Below, one piece after another: positions 1-8,628 of a stretch of 64,000 bases of DNA. Position numbers and translations under genes: made by a program. The stretch spans positions 108,636 through 172,635 of the forward strand of contig JBAZSE010000003.1 of assembly GCA_041662565.1 (NCBI GenBank). The letters run 5' to 3'. The stretch's first letter is position 1, and each line of letters starts with the position of its first letter. The DNA is from Patescibacteria group bacterium (lineage in GTDB: Bacteria; Patescibacteriota; Patescibacteriia; UBA1558; UBA10009). The notes below the pieces were generated by a model. The model worked only from the letters and a program-made list of their open reading frames with translations. It was not told the origin of the DNA and made no database searches.

Positions 1-912
1 TACAAAAACAGGTCCGGAGGAAGTAAGTTTAACCAAGATAGCCAAAACCAAAAAAATCGGGGATAAAATTATCAAACCCGCAACGGATAACAGCAAATCA
101 ACCAATCTTTTTAAAATCCTGCCCCAACCGTCAAGCCGAGTGGGCCTGACTTCAATTAAAGGGATTCCCGAAATCGTGCTTAAATCAAAATTAATCAATT
201 TGGTATCCAATAAAGAAGCAACATATTTGTAATTAAGTTGGTGCTCGGTGCAAAAATTAACCAAATCATTTTTTTGGATATTATCAAGCCCCGGATCTGC
301 CAAAATCAGATCATCCAACTTCTCTTGTTTGGCTAAAACCTCCAATGACATTTTGGTTTCCTGGTCAAAAAAAGGATAGCTGGCCATTATTTTAAAACCG
401 TGGCCGGGATTATCCGTAAACGACTTGTTGATTTCGGCCGCGTTTTTATTAGCTCCGATAATAACCACTTGCCTTAAGCCCAATCCTTTTTTATAAAAAA
501 GTTTTTTAACGTAAAAAACAATCAAGCGTTCCGCAGTCACAATCACTACACTTAACAGCCAGCTAGTGATAATAATCAATCTGGAAGAAAAAAGCTGGAA
601 ATTAAAAAAGAAAGCCACCACAATAATCAGGGTCGCTGCGCTACAGGCAATAAAAATTTTAAAGAAATTGGCGAAAAAACTTTGTCGTTTAATGGAATAA
701 AGACCGGAAACGGCAAAAACTGCCAGCCAAGCCAAAGCCGCTACTGCTAAAATCTTAAAAAAACTTTCGTAGGAAAGTTCAAAAACTACCGGTCTAATTT
801 CGGTTACAAAGGATTCAAATCGCAATAAATAGGCCAACGTTCCAGCCAGCAATAAAGCCAAATAATCCAATGGCACCAGTATGGCCGCAAAAGCCAATTC
901 CAACTTTTTCAT
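1..912 (-). CDS. Polyprenyl-phosphate sugar phosphotransferase (bacterial sugar transferase family), partial. The C-terminus runs off the window start.
   Basis: Manual minus-strand translation from the ATG at 910-912 gives MKKLELAFAAILVPLDYLALLLAGTLAYLLRF... and later ...RLVDLLLSVAGLIILSPIFLVLAILVKLTSSGPVF. These are hallmark WbaP/bacterial-sugar-transferase motifs. It is not in the ORF track because there is no stop inside the window. Confidence 0.7.
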   Translation of the reverse strand, partial: MKKLELAFAAILVPLDYLALLLAGTLAYLLRFESFVTEIRPVVFELSYESFFKILAVAALAWLAVFAVSGLYSIKRQSFFANFFKIFIACSAATLIIVVAFFFNFQLFSSRLIIITSWLLSVVIVTAERLIVFYVKKLFYKKGLGLRQVVIIGANKNAAEINKSFTDNPGHGFKIMASYPFFDQETKMSLEVLAKQEKLDDLILADPGLDNIQKNDLVNFCTEHQLNYKYVASLLDTKLINFDLSTISGIPLIEVRPTRLDGWGRILKRLVDLLLSVAGLIILSPIFLVLAILVKLTSSGPVFV

Positions 913-930
913 AAACGACGTTAGGCGAGC

Positions 931-959
931 GAAATACCAAGGCAAAGAATTGGTATTTC
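931..959 (-). promoter_or_regulatory. 9-bp stem hairpin (gaaatacca / tggtatttc) in the 5' leader of the sugar-transferase gene. A putative sigma70 promoter lies upstream (-35 TTGTTA at 1018-1023, -10 TAATAT at 995-1000).
   Basis: Perfect inverted repeat at 931-939 and 951-959. The -35 and -10 boxes are separated by 17 nt on the minus strand. Confidence 0.35.
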
Positions 960-1035
960 CGAGCCGAGGAGTTTGTATTTAATTATATGATTGTATATTA
1001 GCAACTTATCCAACTTTTAACAACCTATTAACATA

Positions 1036-1065
1036 CAAAAAAGGCGGGCTATTAACCCACCTTCT
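1036..1065 (-). terminator. Intrinsic terminator following rnpB
   Basis: Minus strand reads aaggtgggTTAATAGcccgcctt followed by TTTTGTAT. The stem is 8 bp with one mismatch. Confidence 0.5.
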
Positions 1066-1067
1066 CT

Positions 1068-1468
1068 GATGCTTACTTAAGTTAATAAGCCGAATTCTGT
1101 ATCCAGACTTTTACATCTGGACAGCGATCATCTATCTAGAGCCGTAAATTGCTCTACGGCTTCGAGCTCTCAACCCGTCGAGCTTAGCTCGACCTATGCG
1201 AGATTGCACCGGATAGAGTTTGCCTCTTTTTCCTTGTCGCCAAGGAAACGAGCCAAGTCATTACTTAGCTATTTCACCCTTATTCTAAAACCTTGCGGTT
1301 TTAGAAAGGAATATTTTCTGTTGCGCTTGTCCTGATTCGGCGGTTACCCGCCTAATCGGTTGGCGTTACCAATTATCCTCCGAGTTAAACTCGGAAAAAC
1401 GGTGTTCGGACTTTCCTCCCCGATTTTGCAAAGCAAACACCGGGGCGATCACCTAAACTCAAATAAGT
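1068..1468 (-). ncRNA. rnpB: RNase P RNA, bacterial type A
   Basis: The minus strand contains GGAGGAAAGTCCGAACACC (P4 region consensus GGAAAGTCCGGGC), AAGGGTGAAATAGCTAAGTAATG (consensus GGGTGAAAnGGTGcGGTAAGAGC) and ACAGAATTCGGCTTAT (consensus ACAGAACCCGGCTTA). A P1 helix forms between 1456-1467 and 1072-1083. It lies in a ~590-nt ORF-free gap. A sigma70 promoter (-35 TTGACA 1498-1503, 17-nt spacer, -10 TATTAT 1475-1480) and a downstream hairpin with a T-tract (1036-1065) fit an independent transcript. Confidence 0.85.
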
Positions 1469-1499
1469 AAAATGATAATAACAGATATTAAACAAATTG

Positions 1500-2606
1500 T
1501 CAACTATTTAAAATTGAAAGGGTTTCTGTGGCGCATTTTTCCCAAGAAAAATCTTGAACCCGACGCATACCTTTGGCAATTAAATCATCGCGCCAGACCT
1601 GATCTTCGTTGATTTTAATCATGCTTTTGGCAAAGGCCTCGACATCATGGGTATTATGCATCACGCCCGCATTACCGATAATTTCGGGTAATGAACCGGC
1701 ATTGCTGGCAATTACCGGTACTCCGCAAGCCATAGCTTCCAAGGCCGGCAAGCCAAATCCTTCATAAATTGAGGGAAACAAAAATGCCCTAGCACCAGAC
1801 ATTAAAACCGGCAACTGCTCTAAATCCAGCCAACCGATTTTTTTAATTTCATCACGATAAGGTGAAGCTTGAATTTCGGCATCAATATCCTGTTGTCCGG
1901 GCTCGGGAGAGCCGGCTAAAACCAAGTTAAAAGGCCGTTTTTGCTTTTCTCTAAAACAATTATAAATCCTAATCAAACCGACGATATTTTTCCTTAATGC
2001 CAAGCGACCGATAAAAACAAAATAAGGATAATGTATTTTTAACGTTTGCAGTAATTCGGCCACTGCTTCTTTAGGCGCCGGGCGCCAACGCTGATTGTTA
2101 ATGCCCAAGTGCACCACTTTAATCAAATCCGGCTTAAGACCGTAGTATTCCACTAATTCATTTTTAGTGAATTGAGAAACGGCAATAATTGTATCGGCCA
2201 TTTTAATCATGCGCCCGGCGCCTTGCTTAAGAGATTGCAGATCCCAGGCAGTATAAGTTTCGGGATATTTTTCATAACCGATATCGTGCCAGGTAATAAT
2301 ATTTTTATGTCCGCCGATAAAAGGAAAAGTATGCGATGGCACGAATAAAACATCCGGTTTGTGAGTAACCATTTCCCAAGTTAGGCGGCCTAGAGTCCAC
2401 AATTTTTTAAACGGCCACTCCAAAACTTTTTCCTTAAAATTAGACGATCGTGGAATTAATGCACCTGTTAATTTTTGCGGGGTATATAAAAGATATTGGT
2501 TTTTTTTATCCAATTTGAAAAACTGATCCAGCAAATGGTAAGCGTACCATTCTACTCCGCTTTTATGAGTTAAGTTTGCTCTGGAAACGTCGATGCCGAT
2601 AAGCAT
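1500..2606 (-). CDS. Glycosyltransferase family 4 (GT1 fold)
   Basis: Motif EGFGLPALEAMACGVPVIASNAGSLPEII is typical of retaining GT4 enzymes. 368 aa. Confidence 0.75.
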   Translation of the reverse strand: MLIGIDVSRANLTHKSGVEWYAYHLLDQFFKLDKKNQYLLYTPQKLTGALIPRSSNFKEKVLEWPFKKLWTLGRLTWEMVTHKPDVLFVPSHTFPFIGGHKNIITWHDIGYEKYPETYTAWDLQSLKQGAGRMIKMADTIIAVSQFTKNELVEYYGLKPDLIKVVHLGINNQRWRPAPKEAVAELLQTLKIHYPYFVFIGRLALRKNIVGLIRIYNCFREKQKRPFNLVLAGSPEPGQQDIDAEIQASPYRDEIKKIGWLDLEQLPVLMSGARAFLFPSIYEGFGLPALEAMACGVPVIASNAGSLPEIIGNAGVMHNTHDVEAFAKSMIKINEDQVWRDDLIAKGMRRVQDFSWEKCATETLSILNS

Positions 2607-2681
2607 AAATATGCAAATGACAATTCACAAGTGACAATCAAAAAACATGGGATCTTTTTTGTGAATTGTTTTTGTTGATTG

Positions 2682-3695
2682 TTACTTAGTAAATAAAATA
2701 CTGCGCTTATATGACTCTAAGTTATCCAAAGCAATCCCGGTACCCTTGGCCACGCAGAGCAAAGCATCATCAGCCACGTAGGCGGGAACGCCTGTGGCTT
2801 GCGAAAGCAAGTTGGCCATATTTCTTAAAAGAGAAGAGCCACCTGTTAAAACCATGCCTTTATCCATTACATCGGCCGAAAGTTCGGGCGGGGTTTTAAA
2901 AAGCACGGATTTAACGGCTGCAATAATACCTTGAAGTTCGTTTTGCAGGGCCTCGGTTACATCGTCGGAATTAACTTCAATCGTCCTGGGCAAACCGGAA
3001 ATCATATCCCGGCCCCTGATATTCATTTTTAATTTTTCTTCATCATCCAAATACATCGCGGAACCGATCTGGATTTTTATCTGTTCGGCCGTGCTTTCGC
3101 CAATAGCTAAACCGTATTTTTTTCGGATAAATTCACCAATCGCCGCATCAAACTTGGTGCCGCCGATTCTTATGGAAGTATTAGCCACAATGCCGCCTAA
3201 AGAAATAACGGCAATTTCGGAAGTACCGCCACCCATATCCACAATCATATGCCCGGAAGCCGAACCAATAGGGATATTAGCGCCAATGGCTGCAGCAATC
3301 GGTTCTTTAATGATATAGGCCGCTTTGGCTCCAGCCGCTACCGTAGCATCAATAACCGCTCTTTTTTCGGTGGAAGTTATGCCAGCCGGAACAGCAATCA
3401 TTACTTCGGGCCTAAATAGTTTAACTCCCCCAATGGCCTTGTTAATAAAATATCTTAACATGCTTTCGGTGGTTTTATAATCGGCAATCACGCCATCCCT
3501 TAACGGCCTTAAAGCAATTATAGTATCTGGGGTTCGGCCCAGCATTTCTTTAGCTTCTTCACCCACGGCTAAAACTTTTTTATCAATAACCGAAATAGCC
3601 ACAACCGAGGGTTCATTAATAATAATGCCCCTTTTGGGTATATGGACCAGGGTATAAGTAGTACCTAAATCAATGCCTATTTTCTTGGTAAACAT
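2682..3695 (-). CDS. mreB: MreB/Mbl-like actin homologue (second paralog)
   Basis: N-terminal IGIDLGTTYTLV phosphate-1 motif and DMGGGTSEIAVIS phosphate-2 motif. 337 aa. Paralog of the gene at 7573-8616. Confidence 0.8.
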   Translation of the reverse strand: MFTKKIGIDLGTTYTLVHIPKRGIIINEPSVVAISVIDKKVLAVGEEAKEMLGRTPDTIIALRPLRDGVIADYKTTESMLRYFINKAIGGVKLFRPEVMIAVPAGITSTEKRAVIDATVAAGAKAAYIIKEPIAAAIGANIPIGSASGHMIVDMGGGTSEIAVISLGGIVANTSIRIGGTKFDAAIGEFIRKKYGLAIGESTAEQIKIQIGSAMYLDDEEKLKMNIRGRDMISGLPRTIEVNSDDVTEALQNELQGIIAAVKSVLFKTPPELSADVMDKGMVLTGGSSLLRNMANLLSQATGVPAYVADDALLCVAKGTGIALDNLESYKRSILFTK

Positions 3696-3838
3696 AAGGT
3701 ATTAAGCCAATTTATCCTAACATAAAATTTCTGACCCCACAATACTAAAATTCCTTAAAAATAAGGGGTTTTACAGGCCATTAAACAAAAAAAACCGTCT
3801 TTTAGCGCTAAAAAGAGGGCCTCGAATCAAGTCAATTG

Positions 3839-4297
3839 TTAATTTATGGACTTAATAAGATAGGTGGCCAGGCCTCGGGGAGTTTCTACTGGAACGCGTT
3901 CTCCGGCTTTTTTGCCCAAGACCGCTTCGCCAATAGGAGAATCGCAGGATAATAATCCCAAATCAGGATCGCCTTCATGCGAACCTACGATGCTAAATTT
4001 AAAATCCTTGCCATTAATCTCTAAAATAATTTCGGAACCGACTTGAACTTTGCTATTGCCTTCGTTTTGGGCAACTACGGCATTTTTTAAAATATTTTCT
4101 ATTTCAATAATCCGACCCTCGGCAAAGGCCTGCTCTTCCCGGGCATCATGGTATTCGGCATTTTCTCTTAAATCACCGTGCTCTTTGGCCAGTTCGATTC
4201 TTTCCACGATCTCCTTGCGTTTAACTGTTTTTAATTCAGCCAACTCTTGCTCTAATTTTTTTTTGCCCTCTGGGGTTAAAATTGAATAATCACTCAT
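3839..4297 (-). CDS. greA: Transcription elongation factor GreA
   Basis: N-terminal coiled coil with LTPEGKKKLEQELAELK...EHGDLRENAEYHDAREEQ. FKBP-like C-terminal domain. 152 aa. Confidence 0.85.
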   Translation of the reverse strand: MSDYSILTPEGKKKLEQELAELKTVKRKEIVERIELAKEHGDLRENAEYHDAREEQAFAEGRIIEIENILKNAVVAQNEGNSKVQVGSEIILEINGKDFKFSIVGSHEGDPDLGLLSCDSPIGEAVLGKKAGERVPVETPRGLATYLIKSIN

Positions 4298-4356
4298 GGG
4301 GATATGATAAATAATATTAAGTATTCTGTCAAACCGTAAAAAGTTTGCCTCATGGG

Positions 4357-6270
4357 CTATTTTCGCCTATTGGTAATATACCAGTTTAAGACATCATAGG
4401 CAATAGGCACGGCAATATCGGTGCCATCGCCACCATGCTCGATTAAAACAGTTAACACCAGTTCGGGATTATTGGCAGGCAAATATGCGGTAAACCAAGA
4501 GTGAGGATTGCCGTTTGAGACCTCGGCAGTACCGGTTTTTCCCGCCACAGGCACGCTTAAAGTTGCCAAACGTCTTCCGCTGCCTCTTTCCACTGTGGCC
4601 CGCAAACCTTCATTAACTATGGTAAAAGAGGTTTGATCGGCCTTAATCTGGGTGATAATTTTTGGCTCAATTACGGTTTGGGCGCCTGTTTCAGGATTAA
4701 TGATTTTTTCTACCAAGGAGGGCTGATATAAAGTTCCGCCATTGGCAATGGCGCTGGTGTATAAAGAAACCTGCAAAGGTGTGGCCAACAAATCCCCCTG
4801 GCCGATAGCTAAATGCAAAGTATCGCCTGGGTACCAGGCCTCTTCTTTTGTTTTTAATTTCCATTCCTTGCTAGGTAAAAAGCCGGGCCGCTCGCCGGCT
4901 ATATCAATGCCGGTAATTTTACCTAAGCCAAAAGAAGAAAAATATGAAAGTATTTTATCCAAACCCAAACCGCGGTGCCCGTCAAAATTTTCTAATGCCA
5001 AATAATAAAAAAAGGTGTTAACTGATTCGGCTAAGGCCTTAATAACATTGGTTTGACCGTGCCCGCCCGCTTTCCAATCCGGAAAAAACCATTTATCATA
5101 CCAAACCCCGCCCGTACTGCTAACTTGGGTATTTTTATCAATCACCCTTTCAGCCAAGCCGGCTAAACTCATTATCAGCTTAATGGTGGAACCGGTAGGA
5201 TATTCGCCGGTAATAACTCTGTTAAATAAAGGATTAAGCGGATTATTAAGCAATTGCTGATAACTTTCTTGGCTTATGCCTCGGCTAAATTGATTGCTAT
5301 CATAAGTTGGCCACGAAACAAATGCCCGAATTTTACCCGATCTTGGATCAAGTGCAACTACTGCCCCGGATTTAACCGGAGCCAAACGATTTAAAGCTAA
5401 AGTAATGCTTTGCTGTAAACCCAAATCCAGCCCTAAAATCAAATTACTTCCGTTTTGGGGCGCTTCTTTGGCAATAACTTTTTTTTCCCTACCAAAAGCA
5501 TCAACCTCAATTTGCCGTTTGCCAAATACTCCACGCAAAAATTCCTGATAACTTTCTTCCAAACCCAATCTACCAATTTTTTCGGTTAGTTGGTAACCCA
5601 AGGCCAGATATTTGTCTTTTTCTTCTTTAGTAATTCTACTGGTAAAACCCAATAAGTGGGCCAAAGAACTGTTTTCGAGATATTTTCTTTGAGGGTCTAT
5701 GATGATTTTTAATGAATTAATGCCATTTAACTGCAACATCAAACTAATGGCCTCATCGTATAATAAATTTTCCTTAACCAACACGGGCACATAACCGCCT
5801 GTTTTAAGCAATTTGGTTATTTCGATTTCAGCCAAACCGATATTTTGAAAAATTTTTTCTATTTTTTCTTTTTCAGTCGAACTTATTTGGCTGACTGCCG
5901 GCTGGAAAAACAATGAAAAAGTGCCTACATTTTCCACCAACGGAACCCCGAAGCGATCAAAAATAATGCCTCTGGAAGGCGGGATTAATTCCAAACGCAA
6001 ACGGTTGCCTTCGGCAATCGCCCTAAATTCCCCTCCTTTGATAAATTGTAAATAAAACAAGCGCCCGAACAAGCTTAAAAAAAGAAAACAAAAAATTATA
6101 AAAAAAAGATTTAACTTGCTTTGGGTTACAATCCTGCCAAGCCACAAAGAACTTTCGCCGACCAAAAAACTTTCGCTAACTTCTTTGGCGTTGCTAAAAT
6201 TTTCCATGCGGCCGATCTTTTTATCGCTTGCCCGGCCAGGAATAACAAATGGATCATGAGATTTCCACAT
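4357..6270 (-). CDS. mrdA: Penicillin-binding protein 2 (peptidoglycan D,D-transpeptidase)
   Basis: N-terminal TM segment. Transpeptidase motifs STIK (SxxK) and KTGTAE (KTG). Sits downstream of mreBCD. Confidence 0.8.
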   Translation of the reverse strand: MWKSHDPFVIPGRASDKKIGRMENFSNAKEVSESFLVGESSLWLGRIVTQSKLNLFFIIFCFLFLSLFGRLFYLQFIKGGEFRAIAEGNRLRLELIPPSRGIIFDRFGVPLVENVGTFSLFFQPAVSQISSTEKEKIEKIFQNIGLAEIEITKLLKTGGYVPVLVKENLLYDEAISLMLQLNGINSLKIIIDPQRKYLENSSLAHLLGFTSRITKEEKDKYLALGYQLTEKIGRLGLEESYQEFLRGVFGKRQIEVDAFGREKKVIAKEAPQNGSNLILGLDLGLQQSITLALNRLAPVKSGAVVALDPRSGKIRAFVSWPTYDSNQFSRGISQESYQQLLNNPLNPLFNRVITGEYPTGSTIKLIMSLAGLAERVIDKNTQVSSTGGVWYDKWFFPDWKAGGHGQTNVIKALAESVNTFFYYLALENFDGHRGLGLDKILSYFSSFGLGKITGIDIAGERPGFLPSKEWKLKTKEEAWYPGDTLHLAIGQGDLLATPLQVSLYTSAIANGGTLYQPSLVEKIINPETGAQTVIEPKIITQIKADQTSFTIVNEGLRATVERGSGRRLATLSVPVAGKTGTAEVSNGNPHSWFTAYLPANNPELVLTVLIEHGGDGTDIAVPIAYDVLNWYITNRRK

Positions 6271-6757
6271 ACTTACTTCTGATGATTTTGTTAAACGGCG
6301 GTGTTAACGCAAAAATAAACAAAGCATTAAGGCCTAAATATACCAAAATAGAAAAATCAGCGGGCATAAACAAACTTAAATAATAAGTTTTATCGGTCAA
6401 CTCAAAACTTAAGCGGGTAATTAAAAATAAACCCAGCAAATTAATAAACAAGCTTCCTAAAATGGTTAAAAATTTGGCAAAATAGCTGTTTAAAGAAACC
6501 AAAGAAAAAACCACTTTAACTGTCAAAAAAACCAATAAAAAACCAAATAAAAAAAATCCCGGTGTTCCCCAAAAAATATCCGCCATTACTCCTCCGGCAA
6601 CAGCTGCCAGCAATCTGCCCGGCAACTGATAAAGGTTAAGAAAAATAACAAACGAACAGAGTAAATCCAAAGGCAGGCGCAAACCGATAAAAAATTGCTG
6701 TAGCAAAAAAAACAGCCAAGTTAAAAAAACAATCAATAGAATTTTTGTCCACTTCAT
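6254..6757 (-). CDS. mreD: Rod shape-determining protein MreD (polytopic membrane protein)
   Basis: 167-aa multi-TM protein immediately after mreC, and overlapping the PBP2 start by 17 nt. Confidence 0.6.
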   Translation of the reverse strand: MKWTKILLIVFLTWLFFLLQQFFIGLRLPLDLLCSFVIFLNLYQLPGRLLAAVAGGVMADIFWGTPGFFLFGFLLVFLTVKVVFSLVSLNSYFAKFLTILGSLFINLLGLFLITRLSFELTDKTYYLSLFMPADFSILVYLGLNALFIFALTPPFNKIIRSKYVEIS

Positions 6758-6759
6758 GT

Positions 6760-7548
6760 TTATTTTTGCAGAACCTTAATCACTGTTAAATTGCGCAAGT
6801 TTTGGTAGCTAAAAGGAGGTTCGATTCTGGCTTGCTTAAAAATCTGCCCGACTTTTTGGTCGGTTTTGGAAACATTGCCTACCAAAAGGCCTCGCGGCAC
6901 CATTTCTTCCAAACCGGAGGTAATAACTATTTCCCCATCCGTAACAACTTGATCCTGAGAAATTAAATCAATCACCAGGCTGTTGCCGGCCTGTCCGGTT
7001 AATAAGCCATTGGTGTTATTGGATTCTCCAAAACTAATAGCTAATTGGCTCGCTGTATCGGTTAATAATCTGCCATAAGAGCGATTTTCTTCCACTTGGG
7101 CTATCTTGCCTATAACTATCCCCTGGTTGACAGTCAGTGGCATGCCTATTTGCAAACCCACATTAGCCCCGGCATTTAAAATGACCATATTGTCGTTTAA
7201 CGGCAAACGGCCGATGATGCCGACAATCTGGTAATCAAATTTTGATAGTTGTAAAAAATTCAGTTCTTTCCTTAAAGCGTCATTTTCCGCGGCCAAGCCG
7301 GCTAATTTGATATAATCCACGCTTAAGCGGGAAAGTTCTTCTTTTAATCTTAAATTTTCTTTGGCTTGAAATTGATAATTTTTTAAATTGCCCAAATATT
7401 CGCCTTGCTGATAAAATTTCTCAGCCACCGGTGAAAATAATCTTTGCAGCCAAATTTTGGGATACTTTAACCAACCAAAATAATTAAAAAAAATCAGGAG
7501 TAAAATAACTCCCCCGAATAACCAAGCATGTGGTCGGCTCTTTTTCAT
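6760..7548 (-). CDS. mreC: Rod shape-determining protein MreC
   Basis: N-terminal TM, a coiled-coil segment (LKEELSRLSVDYIKLAGLAAENDALRKEL), then a beta-rich C-terminus. Lies between mreB and mreD. Confidence 0.75.
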   Translation of the reverse strand: MKKSRPHAWLFGGVILLLIFFNYFGWLKYPKIWLQRLFSPVAEKFYQQGEYLGNLKNYQFQAKENLRLKEELSRLSVDYIKLAGLAAENDALRKELNFLQLSKFDYQIVGIIGRLPLNDNMVILNAGANVGLQIGMPLTVNQGIVIGKIAQVEENRSYGRLLTDTASQLAISFGESNNTNGLLTGQAGNSLVIDLISQDQVVTDGEIVITSGLEEMVPRGLLVGNVSKTDQKVGQIFKQARIEPPFSYQNLRNLTVIKVLQK

Positions 7549-7572
7549 ATTAAATATCTAAATTTGAAAAAA

Positions 7573-8616
7573 TCAATCCGTAGCCGAAGGCAATAAAACT
7601 TCCTGCAGATTATCCATATCTTCCAAAATAATGCCCGTGCCTCTTACCACCGCGGTTAAAGGATCATCAACAATATGCACCGGCACTCGGGTTTCTTGAG
7701 CAATTAAGGCATCCAAACCTTTTAAATTAGCGCCACCGCCCGAAAGCAACATTCCCCTGGTATAAATATCAGCTACCAATTCCGGCGGGGTTTTTTCCAA
7801 AGTATCCCTAACTGCTTCTACAATCTGCCTTACCGATCTGATAATCGCCTCTCTGATCTGCAAACTGTTAACCGCCACTTCTTTAGGCAAACCGGAAATC
7901 AAATCACGACCCCGCATGACTGTTTCTTCTTTTTCGTTAGTAAAGCCGGAAACCGAACCGATCTTTATTTTAATTTCTTCAGCAGTTTTTTGCCCTAACA
8001 AAAGATTAAAATTCTCGCGGGCATACTGAATAATATTATCATCAAGCTCCTGGCCGGCAATGGTTAATGAATTAAAGGTCACCACACCGCCCAAAGAAAT
8101 AACCGCCACCTCGGTAGTGCCGCCACCCAGATCCACCATCATAAAACCACTGGGCTCTTGGATAGGAACTCGAGAGCCAATGGCAGCTGCTAAGGGCTGT
8201 TCCACTAAATAAACCTCCTTGGCTCCAGCAGATCTAGTTGCATCTTCCACGGCCTTTCTTTCCACTTCGGTAACGTTTAACGGTATGCCAATCACCACTC
8301 GCGGTCTGGGCGATAAGCTAAAATTTTCTTGATGGATTTTTTTTAAAAAATGACTGATCATTTTTTCGGTTATTTCAAAATCCGAAATAACGCCATTGGT
8401 TAAGGGCTTGGAAATTAAAATATGACCGGGAGTTTTACCCACCATGCGCTTGGCATCTTCGCCAATGGATATAATTTGGTTATTGCGGGTATTAATGGCT
8501 ACCACCGAGGGTTCATTAATAACAATACCCTTATCTTTAACGTAAACCAAAGTATTGGTGGTTCCTAAATCAATACCGATATCCTGCGAAAATTTTCCAA
8601 AAAATTTATTAAACAT
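7573..8616 (-). CDS. mreB: Rod shape-determining protein MreB
   Basis: [14 protein letters not shown] and MMVDLGGGTTEVAVISLGG actin-fold ATPase motifs. 347 aa. Confidence 0.9.
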   Translation of the reverse strand: MFNKFFGKFSQDIGIDLGTTNTLVYVKDKGIVINEPSVVAINTRNNQIISIGEDAKRMVGKTPGHILISKPLTNGVISDFEITEKMISHFLKKIHQENFSLSPRPRVVIGIPLNVTEVERKAVEDATRSAGAKEVYLVEQPLAAAIGSRVPIQEPSGFMMVDLGGGTTEVAVISLGGVVTFNSLTIAGQELDDNIIQYARENFNLLLGQKTAEEIKIKIGSVSGFTNEKEETVMRGRDLISGLPKEVAVNSLQIREAIIRSVRQIVEAVRDTLEKTPPELVADIYTRGMLLSGGGANLKGLDALIAQETRVPVHIVDDPLTAVVRGTGIILEDMDNLQEVLLPSATD

Positions 8617-8628
8617 AAAAAATGATTA

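Noticed and set aside
2711-3318. Plus-strand ORFs of 60-150 aa (for example 2711-2899, 3091-3318, 3864-4289, 36033-36610, 56373-57569) lying antisense to long conserved minus-strand genes
   Set aside because: They are embedded in well-supported genes on the opposite strand (mreB-like, greA, the ATPase, ABC permeases). Their compositions are low-complexity (Ser/Pro/Arg-rich), which is typical of antisense frames. None has a recognisable motif.
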